A DNA stretch of 63,273 nt, filler included, from Octopus bimaculoides (lineage: Eukaryota): assembly GCF_001194135.2 (NCBI RefSeq). It is 5 parts of 5 records of this genome, joined end to end, with 100 filler letters (N's around TTAATTAATTAA, not from the genome) between each part and the next. Parts side by side here need not be neighbours in the genome. Positions count along the whole stretch, not along the records: positions 1 to 29,706 come from NC_068993.1; 4 more parts are not named here. One strand, written 5' to 3'. A program made the translations under genes and the position numbers. Of the stretch, positions 13,231-24,351 are shown piece by piece. Under the pieces are notes generated by a model. That model worked only from the letters and a program-made list of their open reading frames with translations, did not search any database and was not told where the DNA came from. Position 1 is the stretch's first letter; the number at the start of each line of letters is the position of its first letter.

Positions 13231-14299
13231 AGACAAGCATGGCGAAACAAAATGTCCTAAAAGCGTTCGTATAATGTCCGTCATCTTACTGTAAAGTATG
13301 TCTCCCTACCGTGACTATCACTATCACCAAAACACACCCACCTTCACACACACATGCACACATACATACACGCGTACACAAACACATACACACACACACA
13401 TGCGCGCGCATACTCACACACACACACACACACACAGACAGACTTGCACATACACATCTTACACATGGCCCGATGCAGAGTGTTTTGTGTGGCTGCACTT
13501 AAGAATCAAGGACGCTTAATGAGTTTTGCTCGTTTTGCTAATGGGCCAAATTGATTTAGGAGACAAAATATGGCAGAGTGCTTCATAAAAGTCCTTCGTA
13601 TGTTTCCATAGATCACAGAGTCAAGTAGATTTCCTCGTTATTGGTTGCTTCACTTTTCTGTAAATATATGTGATCGTTTAGTGGCGGTTTCTATGTGCTA
13701 GTGGGTGTGTGTGTGTGTGAGTGTGTGTGTGTGTATGTGTGGGCTCGTATGATGGATCTCTATATGTACGACTGTAAATGTCTATGCCCGTTTTCTTGTC
13801 TGTATTCACATGTGTTTGTCTATATAAAAGCTGGTGTACGAAGAACTTTCTGTGTATACATGTGTGCATACATGTTTATATGTATACATGTATCAATGCA
13901 TCGATCTATTTATATANNNNNNNNNNNNNNNNNNNNNNNNNNNNNNNNNNNNNNNNNNNNNNNNNNNNNNNNNNNNNNNNNNNNNNNNNNNNNNNNNNNN
14001 NNNNNNNNNNNNNNNNNNNNNNNNNNNNNNNNNNNNNNNNNNNNNNNNNNNNNNNNNNNNNNNNNNNNNNNNNNNNNNNNNNNNNNNNNNNNNNNNNNNN
14101 NNNNNNNNNNNNNNNNNNNNNNNNNNNNNNNNNNNNNNNNNNNNNNNNNNNNNNNNNNNNNNNNNNNNNNNNNNNNNNNNNNNNNNNNNNNNNNNNNNNN
14201 NNNNNNNNNNNNNNNNNNNNNNNNNNNNNNNNNNNNNNNNNNNNNNNNNNNNNNNNNNNNNNNNNNNNNNNNNNNNNNTATATACACACATACATGTCA

Positions 14300-14496
14300 G
14301 GTGAGCTGGCAGGATAGTGTCCGCACCGGACAAAATACTCAGTGGCATTTCTACTGATTTGACTACTGAGTTCAAATTCCGCGAAAGTCGACTTTGCCTT
14401 TCATTTATTCGGAGTCGATGAAATAAGTACCTGTTAAGCAATGGGGTCGATGAAATCAACTTACCCCGTCACTCTAAGTTGCTGTCCTTGTGCCTA

Positions 14497-14497
<1 letters not shown>
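14300..14497 (+). mobile_element. SINE family A copy (tail type 2)
   Basis: ggtgagctggcagga..ctgagttcaaattccgc..gtcgactttgcctttcat..gtcgatgaaataagtacc..ggggtcgatg. Confidence 0.8.
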
Positions 14498-14529
<32 letters not shown>

Positions 14530-14533
<4 letters not shown>

Positions 14534-14950
14534 TTTTCTTTGAGTTTTATTTAAGTTCTTCTTGAAAGAGTTCAGACCGGTCGCTAACAAAGCGACAAGA
14601 CATTTTTGTGTTTAGAAAGTTCCCGGTGTTTGTGAATACGTGGTTGAGTTGGTGTGTTGGTTGAACTGTCGATGCATACACCCAAGTGCGTGCATCTATA
14701 CGCATAAGGATCTCAGATGCATAATTTTTGGAATGTCTTACAAATCTTCGTGACACCGAATGTTTCTAGGTTTTTGTGAAAATTTGTTGGTACATAACCT
14801 AATGCACTTATGATGATAGGTACAAATGAGAACTTATAGTCAGAGTAAAAGAGTTGCAAATTCTGCCTTAATTCACCACAAGTGTTCTCTTTTTCCTGGA
14901 CATTTGATTGTACATTCACATCCGCTGGGCAACTGTCCAACAGAACAATA
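14530..14950 (-). mobile_element. 3' fragment of an RLE-type (R4/Dong-like) LINE
   Basis: Minus [31 protein letters not shown] matches the restriction-like endonuclease C-terminus. Confidence 0.7.
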
Positions 14951-15099
14951 TGTGTCTATGTATGTATGTATGTATGTATGTATGTATGTATGTATGTATG
15001 AATGTGTGTGTGTGTATGGATGGATGGATGGATGGATGGATGGATGGATGGATGGACGGATGGACGGACTGAAGTGCAGTAAGCCCAGTAAAGCCAAAA

Positions 15100-15185
15100 T
15101 GTCTACGAGGTAAAGAATTCGCTTCACAACAATAAACTCACCGTTTCGATTCCACAGCGTAGCACCTTGGGCAAGTGTCATTTTC
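15100..15185 (+). mobile_element. SINE family B, degenerate head fragment
   Basis: ttcgattccacagcgtagcaccttgggcaagtgtc matches the head of the 17992-18362 copy. Confidence 0.55.
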
Positions 15186-15408
15186 GAATATAATCACAGA
15201 ATGTGATCGAAGGTGGGTAAATGTTAACGCTTTAGAAACCGAATGGATGAATTGAACTTATAATTCATAGATCCGGTCTTGCCACATATTTGGGCAAAAT
15301 GTGAGGCGAACTAACGCTTACACAGAACCTGATAATCTAGTTGCACTTAATAACTTTTGAAAGGAATTTCTATCAGGTAATGCTTCTGCCTTCCAGCACA
15401 CTTTTAGC

Positions 15409-15451
<43 letters not shown>

Positions 15452-16169
15452 TATAGGGTGAAATTAATAATTAACGACTAATAATTCCACCAAGTAGTTC
15501 GGTATGTTAAAAGAACCATTATCGGTAAACTTATACAAAAATGTTATAATTATGCTTATAATTATAAAATTTTCATATATATATATATATATATATATAN
15601 NNNNNNNNNNNNNNNNNNNNNNNNNNNNNNNNNNNNNNNNNNNNNNNNNNNNNNNNNNNNNNNNNNNNNNNNNNNNNNNNNNNNNNNNNNNNNNNNNNNN
15701 NNNNNNNNNNNNNNNNNNNNNNNNNNNNNNNNNNNNNNNNNNNNNNNNNNNNNNNNNNNNNNNNNNNNNNNNNNNNNNNNNNNNNNNNNNNNNNNNNNNN
15801 NNNNNNNNNNNNNNNNNNNNNNNNNNNNNNNNNNNNNNNNNNNNNNNNNNNNNNNNNNNNNNNNNNNTATATATATATATATCTTGGAATAAGAAATAGA
15901 AAGTCCTTGCAACAGTATTAGATATTTGGAAAAATTAATAGAAATGGCTTTTCTGATAATCTTTCCACTTTAATAATTAGAAATGCGAAAAAATTATCAG
16001 AAAAGCCCTTTCTATTCATTTTTTTCATATGCATATATATGTATATGTGTGTGTATGTGTATGTGGGTACACATACATATTTATATGTATGTGTACGTGC
16101 GTACGCATGTATACATCCATGTATGTACGTAGATTTGTTTATACAAAATACCTCTAGGTATGTTTGAAA

Positions 16170-16725
16170 AAATATGTGTATATAGATGTTCTTATAATAC
16201 AGGAAGCGGTAAGATTTGATTTCAAAACAGTTTTGGACTGTCTTCCTTGTAGAATATTGCTCTTCTTCTATGCATCCTTGTTTTAGATTATGGGGACTGA
16301 TTTCAGGTAGATATGAATGTTACTTTTAGCAGCTTGTATCACTGTGTACAGAATTTTGTTTGTTCCATATGAAATAATAATTCAAAATAAGCTAAACCAA
16401 CACCAATTTGGATATTATCACCATCATCCTCGTCGTTATCATCGTCCTCGTCATCATCATTTTCACTGATGATAAGGACGATGAGGAAGAGAAGGAGGGG
16501 AGAGGGGGAAGATGAGTAGTTGTAGTAGTAGTAGTAGTAGTACTAGTTGAGAGGGATACGCAGTATATACTGTGTTAACGTTATGAGGTATGAAATAAGA
16601 TTTTTATGACAATGTTTGCCACAGTATCTGACTTGGTTGATCTGATCTATGATCAAAAGTGTTCCAGCCATGACCATTGCGTCTTTTATATCTTTTGTCA
16701 GTTTATCTAACATTACATTATCCAC
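16170..16725 (-). mobile_element. Probable decayed LINE ORF fragments (interrupted by microsatellites)
   Basis: Protein-like frames (LDKLTKDIKDAMV.., NIQIGVGLAYF..) with stops and frameshifts; family not certain. Confidence 0.3.
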
Positions 16726-17203
16726 TGTGTCTCTTCTTTCTTAAGTCGATAGAGACTTGGCAGGTTTTTTAGCAGGGCGGGCGACCTACGCAGTAGATCT
16801 CTCTTTGGTTTGTGTTGGAAGGTGGTGGTGTCGGCGGCACCGGCGGTTGTGGCGATGATGATGATGATGATAAGGAGGAGGATGATGACAACGACGACAA
16901 TGACGATGACGGTGACAATGATGTTGATGATGGCAGAATAAACAATCAATTCGCATTACATATAATATATGTTGCTGACGAAATTCACAGGAAATCCCAT
17001 TATTGAACCGTAATGGAATTTCCTTAACAAAATGACAACCTAAAATATGTATGGCTGTGTACGTACACTTACAACACAATTATACATACATTCACATATG
17101 TACTTTTACATACGCATTATCACGCAGATGCATATCAGTGATTCTAAGCATTCTCATACATAACTACATACATATATATCAATACTTTTATATTAATCTA
17201 TCA

Positions 17204-17259
<56 letters not shown>

Positions 17260-17940
17260 AGTGAGAGAGAGAAAGAAAGAAAAAAAGAATGAAAGAAAGA
17301 AAGAATGGAAGAGGGATTCTTCCATGTACATACATACATAATCGTCAAGTGCTTCGACGATACACTTCGGTGCGAATTCCAACGTAGAATGCTAAATATT
17401 AGTTCTCTTCATAATTAGATATATATGCTCTGTACTTTGTTATGTATGATTTATGCACGGCTAGATTTGTTTTCTCTTCCCTCCATTTACATCTGTTTCT
17501 GTGTGTTTGTGTGTATGTACGCACACTCACATTAGATCTTCAGCATTCCTAGTTGATTTCGTCCTACAATGTGTCTTCGGTGTATTTCAAGGATAGTCAT
17601 TGATGTAACTGCTATTCTTTGTTTTAACCTTTGAATCTGGATCTGCTGTGTACTGCACTTTTCTGAATATGAGCTACAAAAGGTCTTGTTTGAAAGTTTC
17701 AACATTCCGAATCAGTTTACTATACCTCGTGTCTTCGTTTATGTGAGCCCTGAGTATATAAAGGAATTCTTAGAGATTTCCTCCATGCACGTACCTTCAT
17801 TTGCAAGCACATGCACAAGATTCTATGTAAACATCTAAGAAATTTAAACGCATGCTCTCACATACAAACTTATACAAGTGCACGATTTTATATGCTCACA
17901 CGGTCACATACACACATGCACACACACACACACACACACA

Positions 17941-17981
<41 letters not shown>

Positions 17982-17991
17982 TCCTTTATTC

Positions 17992-18362
17992 TATTATTTG
18001 TTTCAGTCATCGAACTGCGGCCATGCTGGAGCACCTTTAGTCGAACAAATCGTTCCCAGGACTTATTCTTTGTAAGCCTAATACTTATTCTATCGGTTTC
18101 TTATGCTGAACCGCTAAGTTACGGAGACGCAAACACAGCAACATCGGTTGTCAAGCAATGGTTGGAGGAGAAACAGAGACACACAAACATATACACATAT
18201 ACGACAGGCTTCTTTCAGTTCCTGCCTACCAAATCCACTCACAAGGCTTTGGTCGGCCCGAGGATATAGACAAAGACACATGCCCAAGGTGTCACGTAGT
18301 AATACTGAACCCCGGACCCTGTAGTAGGAAATCAAGCTACTTACCATACAGTCACTCCTGCG
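17992..18362 (-). mobile_element. SINE family B, near full length
   Basis: The minus strand starts with a tRNA-like head (gcaggagtgactgtatggtaagtagcttg..gggttcagta), then caccttgggcatgtgtc..gggccgaccaaagccttgtgagtggatttggtag, an internal (TG)n and the tail gtgctccagcatggccgcag. Homologous to 20146 and 42600. Confidence 0.85.
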
Positions 18363-18563
18363 TTTATATATATGTATATATTATATATATATATGTATAT
18401 ATGTATATTTATGTATATATGTATATATACATACACAACTTGCGAATAGATTTTTGCGGGTATATATGTATGTATATTATCTATCTATTCAACTATTTAT
18501 CTATCTATAACTATATATATGTGCGTGTGTGTATACATATATATACGTATACATCATATATAT

Positions 18564-18633
<70 letters not shown>

Positions 18634-18909
18634 NNNNNNNNNNNNNNNNNNNNNNNNNNNNNNNNNNNNNNNNNNNNNNNNNNNNNNNNNNNNNNNNNNN
18701 NNNNNNNNNNNNNNNNNNNNNNNNNNNNNNNNNNNNNNNNNNNNNNNNNNNNNNNNNNNNNNNNNNNNNNNNNNNNNNNNNNNNNNNNNNNNNNNNNNNN
18801 NNNNNNNNNNNNNNNNNNNNNNNNNNNNNNNNNNNNNNNNNNNNNNNNNNNNNNNNNNNNNNNNNNNNNNNNNNNNNNNNNNNNNTATATATAATTATTA
18901 TTATTATTA

Positions 18910-18944
<35 letters not shown>

Positions 18945-19465
18945 TGTAGGATCCAATCGAATCGAGATATTTTGATAATAAGCACACCTGTGATGAACAG
19001 CTTTCATGTGTATCAACAGTGTGCATGAACACTTACGTGCTTGGTAGAGTATATACAGATCTGACATTCCAGTTATGCATACTTGCACGTGTTCAGACCA
19101 AATACACTCAACGTATATGTAAAATCACACAAGAGTATACTCCGGCATGAGTAGGCTCAAGATCGAACACGGAACGTTCTGAGTGTAGCGTAGTATAAAT
19201 AATACCAAAATGGTCTGAGATTCTCTTCAGCTGTTTCAGACATGTTTTTTTATTGATGAACAAATCAATTACATCATGCAAAAATCAAACATTTAATTCG
19301 GGTGAATTAAAATTAAAATCCATATATACATGTATGGTTAAATTATATTCGGGTACAAACATTCTAGAATGCTGTATAAAGTTCGTCCATACTTTTTAAC
19401 TATTTGACATCATCAACAGTAGAAATGTGCATGCTATTGGATTTACTTGTTGTCTGTAGAGTTTA

Positions 19466-19926
19466 TATAAACAGACCAGAGACAGAAAATGGAATTCCCA
19501 ATATTCTTTATTCAAATCTACTACAATTGTTTCGACTCCTTCTGCACCTGTACAGTAAGATACTGTACAATCAATTGTCTTGCCTCAGAAATGCACATTG
19601 CGTCGCCTCAGATGGCCTTTCAAATAAGTACCTCGCCCTTCCTCTTCGCCACTTCACTTAGCCCTATAACAGTAGATAACTTGGTAGATTCCACATTTTA
19701 GCATTAGATATATATTGTTATAGGGCTGACTGAAACAGTGAGGAGGAAGAGCGAGACATTTGTTTAAAAGGTCATCTGAGGAGACGCAATCTGCTCTTTA
19801 TGATGCAAGACAATTGATAGTACATTATCTTACCAATAGGGTACAGGCGTGGAATGAGTCGAAATGTTGTGGATTTGAATAAACAATCTGGTGAACAACA
19901 TTTTCTGTCTCTGATCTATACTGATA
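19466..19926. mobile_element. Foldback element / long-TIR MITE (about 205-bp inverted arms, 44-bp spacer)
   Basis: Left arm 19466-19671 is the reverse complement of right arm 19716-19926, with exact blocks such as cagagacagaaaatg, tttattcaaatc, tcaattgtcttgc, cctcagatg and agccctataaca. No coding capacity; TA-rich flanks. Confidence 0.8.
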
Positions 19927-20145
19927 NNNNNNNNNNNNNNNNNNNNNNNNNNNNNNNNNNNNNNNNNNNNNNNNNNNNNNNNNNNNNNNNNNNNNNNNNN
20001 NNNNNNNNNNNNNNNNNNNNNNNNNNNNNNNNNNNNNNNNNNNNNNNNNNNNNNNNNNNNNNNNNNNNNNNNNNNNNNNNNNNNNNNNNNNNNNNNNNNN
20101 NNNNNNNNNNNNNNNNNNNNNNNNNNNNNNNNNNNNNNNATATAT

Positions 20146-20310
20146 AGATGGTGTATTTACGTCCTCGTAATTTAAAGGGTTCGATAAAAGAGACTGAAAG
20201 AATAAGTACCATAAGTCCTTGGGTCGATTTGCTCGACTAAACCCTTCAAGGTCATGCCCCAGCATGGTCGCATTCAAAACTCGTAAACGATAAACGATGA
20301 AAGATATATA
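20146..20310 (+). mobile_element. SINE family B, 3' portion
   Basis: gtgtatttacgtcctcgtaa..agaataagtac..ataagtccttgggtcgatttgctcgactaaa..ccagcatggtcgca. Confidence 0.7.
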
Positions 20311-21239
20311 GAGGAAGACAGAAAAGCAGACATATAGACAGATAGACGGAGAGGATAGGTGATGGCGTGAGATATATCTTTTAGTAAAAGACATATAAGC
20401 GTTCTTATATCTTCTTACATGTGTGTATAGAATATCTGGGGCAACTCTTCGGGATTAATATCATCCAATTCGGTAGAGGTATATTAAATGAACAGATGTT
20501 TTGGGTTTTTTTTTATCGCGTATTTTAATTCTACATAGGTTTTTGAAGAGGTACCGTATTAACAGAATGACGAAATTTACCTTGCATGATCTTACTTTTA
20601 AAAAGCTAGAAATAATCAGGGTCTCTTCGATGTGCTGGATTTAACTGCATAACATACATTATATATTCGGATTTAAGTGAATGTCTATAAATGAATGTGC
20701 ATATAAGTGTGCAGTTGTGTACGTGTATAGTGGAAAAATTGTGTGTGTATAAGTGTGTATATGTTTGTGTGCTTGTCTGTATATTTGTCTATAAATTTTC
20801 ATGTTTGAAATTCTTGTGTGTCCATGTATGATAGATATAGTTTGTATACATGTTTTCAGGTGTCTAAGTGCAATCTAAATGCAAATTAAGCAAAACGGAA
20901 TATGTACATTTCTACCTTCAAGACGTGAAGTGGATGTAAAAAAAATTTATAAAAAATTTATACTTTGAGTTTTTTATTTGTTTCTTACAGTTACATATGT
21001 TAAATTCTACCTAAAATAATCTTCAACTTGAACTCCGAGGACCTCAGTTCCATGAAAGATTGATAAAATAAGTACCCAATAATATATTATGCTTATATAA
21101 CTGACTGCACAGAAAGATGGTAGTCTCGTGCCTCTGTTATAAAATATTATCGTTATTATTTCATCACCATCATCATCATCATCATCATCATCATCACCAC
21201 CACCACCACCATTATATTTGATATTTTATCTTAATTTAG

Positions 21240-21490
21240 TATCGTAAACAATGAAGAGAAGCAGATATAGATTACGAATGAACACACCAGTGACTGCGCT
21301 GTTCGGATCTAACGGCAGAAACTGATATGTTTATAAAAGCAGCTCAAGATCAATCTCTTCTCACAGCAAACTACCAAGCAAACATTCTCCACAATGTTTC
21401 TGACCCAAACTGTAGACTAAGTGATAGTAATATTGAAACCATTGATCACATTGTAATTGACTGCTCTGAACTCACAATTATCTAGCACAA
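21240..21490 (+). mobile_element. R4/Dong-type LINE fragment (CCHC finger upstream of the RLE domain)
   Basis: Translates THQ*LRCSDLTAETDMFIKAAQDQSLLTANYQANI..DPNCRL..ETIDHIVIDC. Confidence 0.75.
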
Positions 21491-21537
21491 ATCTAACATA
21501 ACGGAACAAGAAGTATTAATCTGCACTGCTGAGTGAA

Positions 21538-22560
21538 ATGGAGGAGAAAATCAGAGGAAGATCTGATAGTGATTTGCAAGACGGTTTAGAGTCCTCCGCC
21601 TTCTACCACCAAATGAAAGGGAAGGTCAGCACTCACCAAGTTCGAATTACAGTGCATCACACTACTACTATGACATCAAGCAACAACCGCAACAACAACG
21701 ACAACAAAGTACGGGAATTTAGTTCCAATTATGAAGCTGATTTCCCTGCAATGAATGAGACAATACCAAAGTCATCAACCAACAATAAGACCACGTGCAT
21801 GGCCACTACTTATTCAGTCACTACTGCATCAACAACAAATACGAAAGAGGACAAAACAAAACAACAGCAGCCTCGACAACTGAGACAGCAACAATATTTC
21901 CAATTTTACAACGACTATACATTCGCAGCAACAGTTGTGCAAGGCACAGAGCTATACAAGATGGATGTTCTACAAAAAGCTATATGTCTGGCTCAAACTG
22001 ATAAGGCTGGAAAAATCGGGGTGGACATTGCCATTCCACCCGAGATGTTGGGAGAAGCACATAAAAAACTGTAAGTTATAAATGTTTCCGTAAACACAAA
22101 GCAGCCGGTGGCGGCTAATTAGGTAGATGAAGGTGTACTAAATGAGATAATGCTCGACAGTCAACATATTTCGAGAACCAAACAGTTTGCGGGCATTTCA
22201 GTGCCGTCAAATACTCTGTAGTTTCTTGTCGGAGCAAAAAGTATGTGCTCCATCCATCGTAATTAGTAAGTAGGACGTTGGAGATAAAAACCTCAGGAAT
22301 TTCTGCTGAGACAAATTTTAAGGTGGGTTTTAGCGTGTATCGTTTTGGAAGGAAGTAACAGCAGGTGAAGCGGATTCGTCTGAGATCAGTGTGGCGGTGC
22401 TATTCCACATTAAACCAAACACAATCCACAAAATACCAGATCTCATTCACCTTCTGTGGGGTGAAGGTTGCATGTTATGGTTGAAGGTAAAAGGCCACGG
22501 TGCCATTCATGTGGAGTGGACTGGCCACCAGCAATACCAACAACACCAACAACACCTACA
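21538..22560 (+). pseudogene. Probable decayed LINE ORF1 (gag-like) relic
   Basis: A 178-aa open frame, then broken frames ending IPDLIHL..LHVMVEGKRPRCHSCG..GH, which resembles an ORF1 zinc-knuckle region. Confidence 0.45.
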
Positions 22561-22782
22561 ACAGCAGAAAGAAATAATGATGTCGGATACACATAACACC
22601 TAGCAGCTCTCCTAACTAAGCTCTCCTTCTCTCTCTCCGTCTGCTCTAAACTCAAATACATGCACCCGCACCCTGATTTCACAGATACTGAAACCTCTGC
22701 ATCAAACAGTGAAAATGAGAACAAACGCCAAAACAAACAAAAAACACAATAAAACATCATGTTCCACACCAACATAGCCCCA

Positions 22783-22820
<38 letters not shown>

Positions 22821-22830
22821 NNNNNNNNNN

Positions 22831-22866
<36 letters not shown>

Positions 22867-22977
22867 AAAAACTCACTACAGTCATGGATACACCGACAGT
22901 AATACCAACCCCTCCAGCATCATAATCGAAAACACCTCTACCACTATCACCACCAGCTCCTCGAACACTACCACAAC

Positions 22978-23605
22978 TAATACAGTTCTATATTTAAGAG
23001 ATGAGGAATTATGTACATTATTTATATTTTACGGATATTTGTCCTCATCTTGTTTGTTGTTAACACAAGGTTTCGAATGATATATCCTCGATCAGTTCTG
23101 TGAAGTGGGTGGAATTCTTCACGTACGACGTTGATTTTCCTCTAATGGACTGATTATATCCATCAGGTGTCTTGGGGAAATTTCGAACCTGGGTTCTCAT
23201 TCCTAGAATATTACTATTATTATTATTATTATTATAGAATCGAACTCGAAATTTTGGGGTTAGTAGCCCGCGCTCTTAACCACTATGCCATATGCCCATG
23301 GCAATTATGGAGTGAATTTTAGGGCTTATAAATCTAATATCCCCCTATCCTTCCTTAATACCGCTTCCCATATGCTACTCATATCTGCACTCGGTCTGCT
23401 TAGGAGGTTGTTGTGTCCTAGTATATGAGCTGCTTCTTTTAGCTTTCGTATTTTCCAGTGATGTTCTCTATCTATTATTTTAACTTCATCCCACAGGGGG
23501 AGGTTGTTTCCATTTTTCCATACATGATCAGCTATACCCGATTTATCAATATCTCTTCGTGTCACAGCTTTGCAATGTTCGTCTACCCTTATTTTGAAAA
23601 TAACC
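22978..23605 (-). mobile_element. Penelope-like element 3' end: GIY-YIG C-terminus and terminal repeat with tRNA-like segment and hammerhead remnant
   Basis: Minus ORF RVDEHCKAV..KSGIADHVW..WDEVKIIDRE..RKLKEAAHI ends at 23326. It is followed by A/B-box-like motifs (23280-23290, 23237-23247), (TAA)n, and GACAC-CTGATG...GAAAC-CTT-GTGTT. Confidence 0.85.
23062..23171 (-). ncRNA. Disrupted minimal type I hammerhead ribozyme of the PLE terminal repeat
   Basis: Minus strand: stem I GACAC (23171-23167), core CTGATG (23166-23161), 70-nt insertion, stem II remnant, GAAAC (23074-23070), CTT, then GTGTT (23066-23062), which is complementary to GACAC with one G-U pair. Probably inactive in this copy. 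Confidence 0.55.
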
Positions 23606-24350
23606 AGAGATGATGATAGAAAGAGAATCCAACAATATCTAGAAAAGTCGTACATGAAAAAATTTGAAATGGTGAAGACATGCCAGAGTAAGAAGTTTAC
23701 GAAACTCAAAGGTCAGAGAATGAATACTGAAGTCCGTCACCCACCTATGAAAGAAGTAATTAATGTAAGTAACCGACATCTAGAAAGCTCTGAAGAAGCA
23801 ATACTAAACAAACGTCTCAACTTTGCGACAACCATCAAGCACATTCCATACTGAACATAATAGCCCCTATTGAAGAGATAGCCATAAATATACCGAAAGC
23901 TCAGGAAAATAAACTAAGGTGGAAAATGAGATAGGTACTAGAAAAAGCAAAACTTCCCAAACCAAACATCACTAAGGAAGAAACGTTTGCTATCAAAAGA
24001 CTACAAAGTGATAATTCCATCATAATACTTCCAGCAGACAAGGGACATGCTACAGTGGTGATGAACAAGTCTGACTACTCGGAAAAACTGGCAAGTCTTG
24101 TAAGTGATGGTAGTTACAGCAAAGAAAAAAAAAGACCCAACTCTGAAAACAGAGAGGAAGTTGTCACAGATCTTGATCAAGAACAAGGATCCCTTTACAC
24201 CGATGAAGTACAGACAACTGATTCAACACTACAATAAACTACCACACATGTACGGTCTCCCTAAGATTCACAAGGATGGTATTCCATTAAGATCTATAGT
24301 GAACTGTAGAGGTTCAGCGTGTCATCCACTGAGCCGCTTCCTTGTTGAGG
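23606..24350 (+). mobile_element. Penelope-like element ORF N-terminus to early RT, inverted relative to its 3' end
   Basis: Frames read LNKRLNFA, AKLPKPNITKEE..AIKRL, ILPADKGHATVVMNKSDY, KKDPT and PHMYGLPKIHKDGIPLRSIVNCRGSACHPLSRFLV. Confidence 0.9.
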
Positions 24351-24351
24351 T

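Noticed and set aside
12921-13250. Poly-Asp / poly-Met protein
   Set aside because: Translation of a (CAT)n microsatellite; no splice or domain support.
17640-17835. Actin-like peptide ELQKVLFESFNIP
   Set aside because: Short resemblance only; no flanking actin motifs and no convincing splice sites.
23236-23297. Functional tRNA gene
   Set aside because: It has A/B boxes but only about 3 bp of anticodon stem and no acceptor-stem 3' half; treated as a tRNA-derived segment.
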